DNA of 61,793 nt, the filler included, from Collodictyon triciliatum (Eukaryota), in the NCBI GenBank assembly GCA_043381765.1. It is 6 parts of 6 records of this genome, joined end to end, with 100 filler letters (N's around TTAATTAATTAA, not from the genome) between each part and the next. Parts side by side here need not be neighbours in the genome. Positions count along the whole stretch, not along the records: positions 49,277 to 55,352 come from JBHJMP010000645.1; positions 55,453 to 61,793 come from JBHJMP010000650.1; 4 more parts are not named here. The stretch is one strand, 5' to 3'. The notes below the pieces were generated by a model, which made no database searches, was not told where the DNA came from, and saw nothing but the letters and a program-made list of their open reading frames with translations. Both the position numbers and the translations under genes were made by a program. Positions 55,001 through 61,793 of the stretch are shown one piece after another. Positions within the stretch are counted from its first letter, which is position 1. Each line of letters starts with the position of its first letter.

Positions 55001-56976
55001 CCTCTTGATACCTTTTTGCAGGGCACTGCACAGAGCTTAAAGTATGTGCTAATCAAGAACAAAAAGGTTAAAAAAAAATAAAAGAAGAGGACAGAAAGAA
55101 AGAATAAAAAAACAAAACAAAAAATGTGGATAGAAGGAAGAAAAAGACTGTTTGGGCACTAGCGAACGAAGTCCATTTCTGCAGGGTTGAAAAGTGCAAC
55201 TTGTTTCGTGCTAGAGACATTCGCAGCTTGATGATATCTCAATCGCGCCTTTTCTTTTCTTTTCTTTTCTTTTCTTTTCTTTTCTTTTCTTTTCTTTTCT
55301 TTTCTTTTCTTTTCTTTTCTTTTCTTTTCTTTTCTTTTCTTTTCTTTTCTTTNNNNNNNNNNNNNNNNNNNNNNNNNNNNNNNNNNNNNNNNNNNNTTAA
55401 TTAATTAANNNNNNNNNNNNNNNNNNNNNNNNNNNNNNNNNNNNNNNNNNNNAATCAATCGCACATGTTCCAAAAGGTCAGGTCTATGGCCAGCAGTTTC
55501 CAAGTACACAGGTAACTCAACGCTTTTTCTAAGCTGTACAAATGTCTCTTAAAAACACATTTAAATGATATATGAAAACATGTCTTCTCTGATTTTCAAT
55601 TGTTTTATTACATTTTCTGCCTTGAAAGTAAATTATGACAACGCCTTAAAATAAATCGAGACTCAAAGGATTAGACAAAAAAAAAAAAACTTTACTATGA
55701 TATTACCTTAGGTAAAAAATCAACCAGAAACTTTGCATGCAAAAGGGGCTCGCCTCCTGTCAAAGAGATGCTGTCGTGAAGAGTTTTGGGAGTGTGCTAA
55801 ACAAAAACGAAAAAAAAATTGTTTCAGTGAAAGGAGCTTTACTAAAAGGGCTAACAACAATGTATTTGAAAACTAAAGACTTAATGGGAGCATATTTAAA
55901 GTTAAGATAAAATATCACAATAATACTTGGCGCTCTATCCAGTTAACCAAGGTGTCTTGGTCAATTGGGTTTTGGTACGTTTCGAATTCCCTTGATCCGG
56001 GTGCCTTCTCAATGCTGCACGAGGCTGTTGTCTTCCATGTATGTGAGCTATCGCAATATCTTACATAAAATTCACGATGGTTACAAACTTTTTCCTGAGC
56101 ACAAGATTTAGCTTTTAATGCATTTGTTGACATTTCCAACAAATATCTAAATCATGTCCAGATGCAAGAAAGACAAACCATTAATACTTAAAAGAAAATA
56201 TCACTTGGGCCACTCCTTTGTTGGTATTTGGAGGAAACAATTAAATTGTGCATGAAATCTGGCTCAAAAATGCTACCTGCAGCGAAGATCGCAGATCGCA
56301 AAGCGCACGAATATCTGACGTGTTCCCACTATCAAACCCTCGCCCTGCCAAAGAATAAAATTGTGAAATGTTGTCTGATGACAGGGCGAAATATAAAAGA
56401 TATGTAATTAGAATTCAGTATGGTGATATTTCTTATCATATAATTATATATTAATCGCAAAGAGGAGTTTATATTCTTCGGGGTTTTCTTTTGTTTTATG
56501 GATACATGCAAACTTGAATGGCAGAAAATATTTCTATTAGGCGGGCCTTTGGTGGGCCACGGTTTGCGACTGTTCGAGCAGTATCCTGTTTGTATTAATA
56601 CACAACACTGTATTCAATTTTTCTACCCAAAAGTATTCCTAAATGAAATGTAGTATGGCAGAATAGATTCCATAGATAGTATATTCTAGAGAAGACCACA
56701 AGAAAAAAGAGAAGAAAAACACGGATTGTAAGGCTGTGACTACCTGAACTGAAACGTCAGCAGCGAGTGAGAAAGGACGGAGGCCTTGTTTACATAGCGA
56801 GGGTAGCTATACCCCAGATTCATGGAGGGATTTAGAAAGGGGGCACTACCTTAAGGTATAATATAGGTGGAAGAAGAGTGTGTATATTTTAGATAAATTA
56901 ATTCTACTATCTAACCTGACTACGAATAAACTGCCTGAGCATTCTTTTCCTTTCTGCAGTATGTGAGCTTTGTGAG

Positions 56977-57139
<163 letters not shown>

Positions 57140-57676
57140 ACGGATTCGAAGACATTAAAATATGAACAGTCAAAACAGTCTGATGAACCATCGTAAAACG
57201 AAGCGAGTGATATCCTTCTTTTCTTTTCTTTTCTTTTCTTTTCTTTTCTTTTCTTTTCTTTTCTTTTCTTTTCTTTTCTTTTCTTTTCTTTTCTTTTCTT
57301 TTCTTTTCTTTTCTTTTCTTTTCTTTTCTTTTCTTTTCTTTTCTTTTCTTTTCGTCTACGTCCACTTTTTATTTTTGGTTTGCNNNNNNNNNNNNNNNNN
57401 NNNNNNNNNNNNNNNNNNNNNNNNNNNNNNNNNNNNNNNNNNNNNNNNNNNNNNNNNNNNNNNNNNNNNNNNNNNNNNNNNNNNNNNNNNNNNNNNNNNN
57501 NNNNNNNNNNNNNNNNNNNNNNNNNNNNNNNNNNNNNNNNNNNNNNNNNNNNNNNNNNNNNNNNNNNNNNNNNNNNNNNNNNNNNNNNNNNNNNNACAAA
57601 AAAAAAACCCCCAAGCAGCATATTTGCAGCCTCGCTTTGTGATTTTCTTCGGAAAGCCACCCCTTTAAAACCACAA

Positions 57677-60600
57677 GCAAAACAAGCATATTCTGGCCTT
57701 GGCGGAATCAGTTATCCATCAACCTAACCCTGCACACGAAGCACGTCGCCTCCAAACACAAGAAACTGCCGCTGTGTCTCTCGCCCTCGGTTTCTGCTCA
57801 ACGCTCAAAGAGAAACCATTCTTGACGGCTCTGCAAGAAGAAACCTCGAGTGGAATAAAAGCGGAAGAAAATGAAAGAAAAGAAAAAGAAGAAAAAATGA
57901 AAGGCCTTCAACTAACTGATTCCCCTGCCAGCATAGAGGAAGGAACTTTCAACTCCCGAGTAGGCCCCATAGCATCCTTGGAAATGAGCTGCGGAGAAAC
58001 CCTCGCCGAAAGCATCCCCGTGCAGCCAAGCGACAAAGCCTTCACAATACTCAAACCTGAAATAGCGTCCCTGAAATCAACTGCTGGTCTCGAGAAGATC
58101 CAACCGAAGGCGCAAAAGACGTACCCGATCGGCTTCCTTGCGCAGCTTTTCCTGACCGAGGCGCAAAGCAGGATCGACACGCCAGCCATGGATTTGTCTG
58201 TGCGAGTCCCCCATGAATACCCCCATATGCCAGCACACTTTGTCCTCGAAGCGCCATTTCCTTCAGCAATAACTGACCGCCTCAACGAGCACCTCAACTT
58301 CCATGCATTACAAGCATCAGGTTCATATCGTATTTGTCTCGACATGTATTTGTACTGTTTAATTTTTGCTATATTATTTTATTATGCGAATACGTATACT
58401 TTTTCCGTGTGTCATATTGTGATATTATGATATTCCTGGCTTAGCCATGCTCATGAAGCCACCATTTTGAAAATGAATCGAATAATCTAACCGAACAAAA
58501 CCTCTCTTCTTCATTATGTGTCTCCCCGTAAAATAAAGAGGCAAACCAACCCCACGTGCACGAAACTGTCCAATGGTTTGTGAATAAAGTTGAAGACATT
58601 CTAATGTCTGAATTTCGAGACGCCTTAGAGTCCTATCTTGCTGACTTGCCTGATGGCTCTCAGCAACGTCGGTTTGCTGTCCAGACAGATGCAGTTATTG
58701 TGACTCCTCAGCCACTTCTCAACCCTCAACGGACAAAGTCATCGAATGCTCAAAAAACAAAACCTGCCAAGTCTAAGGAAGCCAAGAAGGCGACAGCTGT
58801 GCCACCATTGACACACGAAGGTAAAGGTCAGAAGCCTGAGTCATCACTAGAATCAAACCATGAGGGAAAGTCTTTAGTAGTCGCACAGAGTCCAACTGCA
58901 GATGTTTCTACGAATCTGCCTTCGATTGAAATGTTGCCGATGGAATCACGATCTCCTAGAGATGAGGAATTTGTTCAGTGCATGAAAAGGTCCCTGTCGT
59001 TTTCCTTATACTAAGGCATTCAAATGTACTGGCCATATCTTCTTTTTTTTATTTTATGTCTCTTTATTCTATCCAAACGTCCACGAACTCATGCCATGCA
59101 AGGTCTAGCCATCTCACTAGATAAATATCATAGATTTGGATCCAGTCTTGTTTTTGAAATGAGCAGTCGACGCCAAGATGTAGCTGGAGATGTAATGCAT
59201 CCTTACATTCAACATGAAGTGATTGCTAAAAGACAACGAGAAGAAAAATCGTCATCTTAAAATCAATATATCTAATTACTGTAGCGAATCATTAATTCTT
59301 TTTTAAAAAAAAAAATACCCGACAACTCCAAGGATTATCATTTCTTCGTTCTCCTCAGTCCATCAGACCCGGATTTCTCTTTCGAATTCATTCATATCAA
59401 AACACATATCGTCCTTCCGTATCTATATCCTGCTTCAGAAGACCCTATTGTGCGGGTTGTTGACGACAATTTATCCCCAACTGTTCGGAATGAAATCAGT
59501 AAGTCAGTAGTATTCCTCTGTGTCATTTTCTTACACCGGTATAAGGAACTTTATCAAGAGAGGCAACATAATGCTATGATTGTTCTTTAAATTATTTCAA
59601 TCGCTGAAGTTCATAAAAGAAATATCTCACAAGATATGTATTAGATGAAAAAGTAAATGAGAGGATAAGCGATGCCAGATCTACTGCTGGCAACTCTATC
59701 CGTCTTCGGCGACTATTTACTTGGCTGGATAATAATTTAAACGAACTTTTGCAGGTTTTTTTTTATTCTTGACAAATGCACTTACAACTGAAACATTAGT
59801 AGAGCATGTATCTTTATTATTCTTTTTTTTTTATACAAAAAAATAATCATTCATCGATTGATATGTAGAATGCATATGCCAATGAAATAAGAGCAAGAGA
59901 ACTTGAGGCAGCGGCATCAAACTTATCAGTGTATGATTTTCTAGAGAAAATATAAAATAGTGATAAAATTATGAATTATTTTGAAATGATTCGAATCCTT
60001 GTATTCTTTACATCATGAAGTGGAACCGATGTAAGTCGGGAGGAAGCTATCGAACATTCGTCTGAAGGAGATGACGGGGACCAAACTGACGAGGAGGGAT
60101 CTGATTATGAAGAGGATGAATATGACAGTGATGATTTGCCCGAAAATGAGAATCACAGCTCACCCCCTTCCGAAGCCCCAAAAACAGGCGTTCCTGTCCT
60201 TCTAACCAATCTGGTGTTGGAGGGTATATCCATAGTACAATGCCTGATCCTGAATATCCAAGTCATTTGCACTCGGTGTCAATCAAAATATGATATTAGT
60301 CTATCTGGTACATCAAGTCAGACAAAACTTTTTCAATGCGGGTAAATATTATATGAACCATCCCTTGCCGTTCCAAGTTTGATTATTTTTTTTTTTTTGT
60401 TGTCGCTGATGTTATTGGTATGTTTATATTCATATTCATTACTAAAAGAGTATCCAATTGTTGTTTTCATAGGCTGGACTGCCTAACAATTAATAATCAA
60501 GTTCAACTTGCTCATGTCTTCTTTTGCTAATTTTTACGTTTCTTGATTTCTCATACATTTTATAGGAAGTGTCATTATGCAGCAAGTGCTCGTTTTCTTC

Positions 60601-61683
60601 CAAAGCTCGCACATACAAGAGACCCTTGCGTCGGAAACATCGACCAACTTTATAACATGTCTGTCTTTGATGTTCTTCCCTCCTCATTCCGAGCTTCTTG
60701 TCTGGAATGCCCGAAAATATCGATTAAAGTTCCAGATATGTTAGGTATAACTTATTCTGAACGGCGACATGAATATCATTTGTAAGCACTTTTTTGAAGC
60801 GATAATCTAATATTTGTTTTTTTCGCTTTTACATTTGTTTATTTGTTTATTTGTTTATTTTTTATTTGTTTATTTTTTATTTGTTTATTTTTTATTTGTT
60901 TATTTTTTATTTGTTTATTTTTTATTTGTTTATTTTTTATTTGTTTATTTTTTATTTGTTTATTTTTTATTTGTTTATTTTTATTTGTTTATTTTTATAT
61001 TAATTTTAATACATAAATGATGTCATTTTATTTGTTTTCGGTTTTGGGTTGTTCTCACATATGTTACTGTCATTACTAAGACATCGAATATTCTCAATCT
61101 AAGCTGGCCGTCATTTCAGCCGTGTATGTCATGAGTGCCACAAGACCATGAGTTTTTCATTCGAAAAATCAACTCTTGGTACAATAAAGAGCCAGCTTAC
61201 TGGTGAGGTTACCAATCCGGAGGGCCAGAAAGCAGCCACTCAACGAAAAAAAATTCCCAAGGACTCCTCTTTGAAAGTGGGGACACCGCTACCGAAAAAT
61301 GGAGCATGCAAGCATTATGCCCAATCATTTAGATGGCTTCGGTTCCCATGTTGTGGGAAGGTATGCATTAAATCTAATATCTTTGTTCTATCTACGTTTG
61401 ATAGCAATATGTGAGGTTCTTCACGTCCTTTATTCCAACAAAAATTCAGTAAAGAGACGGCTATATGAATCAGCTATATCGTTTATCTATCCCTTTCCCC
61501 TTGTCTAGGCTTTTCCCTGTGACGATTGCCACAATGAGGAATCTGACCATATAGCTGAGTGGGCTACAAGGATGATTTGTGGAAACTGTTCCCGAGAGAC
61601 ATCATACTATGCAAACAAGATATGTTCGTGCGGCCAACCTTTTGGAAAGGTTACATCGAAGTCACATTGGGAAGGAGGGCAAG
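57677..61683 (+). CDS. CHY-type zinc-finger protein with RWD-like N-terminal domains; both ends incomplete or uncertain
   Basis: SPSDPDFSFEFIHIKTHIVLPYLYP, RRLFTWLDNNL, CTRC, CLEC, CHECH, GTPLPKNGACKHYAQSFRWLRFPCCGK|AFPCDDCHNEESDH...RMICGNCSRE...HWEGGQG. Confidence 0.85.
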
Positions 61684-61707
61684 GTCATTCTTTCTATATG
61701 ATTTATT

Positions 61708-61716
<9 letters not shown>

Positions 61717-61793
<77 letters not shown>
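61717..61793. repeat. (TTA)n intronic microsatellite
   Basis: Directly visible; similar tracts at 47362-47456 and 51483-51756. Confidence 0.95.

Noticed and set aside
55453-56900. Possible decayed coding fragments
   Set aside because: No recognisable motif or consistent frame.

Overview
Intron-rich eukaryotic (probably protist, lineage not determinable by eye) nuclear DNA, standard genetic code, GT-AG introns, many microsatellites. It is a pseudomolecule: five artificial 100-nt spacers (44 N + TTAATTAATTAA + 44 N) join six pieces, so synteny across them is unreliable. Genes reconstructed by hand splicing: eIF4A; calreticulin (HDEL) with a perfect heat-shock element upstream; a large ankyrin-repeat protein fused to two acyl-CoA-synthetase-type adenylation domains (first degenerate, second intact); an LRR-kinase pseudogene; a ~1700-aa CLU-domain protein; the 3' part of an AAA+ ATPase; a second decayed gene; an orphan Cys/His-motif protein; a Bub1-type kinase (partial); a TOG/CLASP-N-like protein; a calponin-homology + EF-hand/p25-like protein; STRIP/Far11; and a CHY zinc-finger protein (partial). 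The strongest novelty candidate is the ankyrin-pseudoenzyme-enzyme fusion, which has a duplicated splice donor exactly at the boundary between its halves. Other leads are C-to-T-type decay of pseudogenes and very relaxed splice sites. All family calls are from motif recognition, not database searches.
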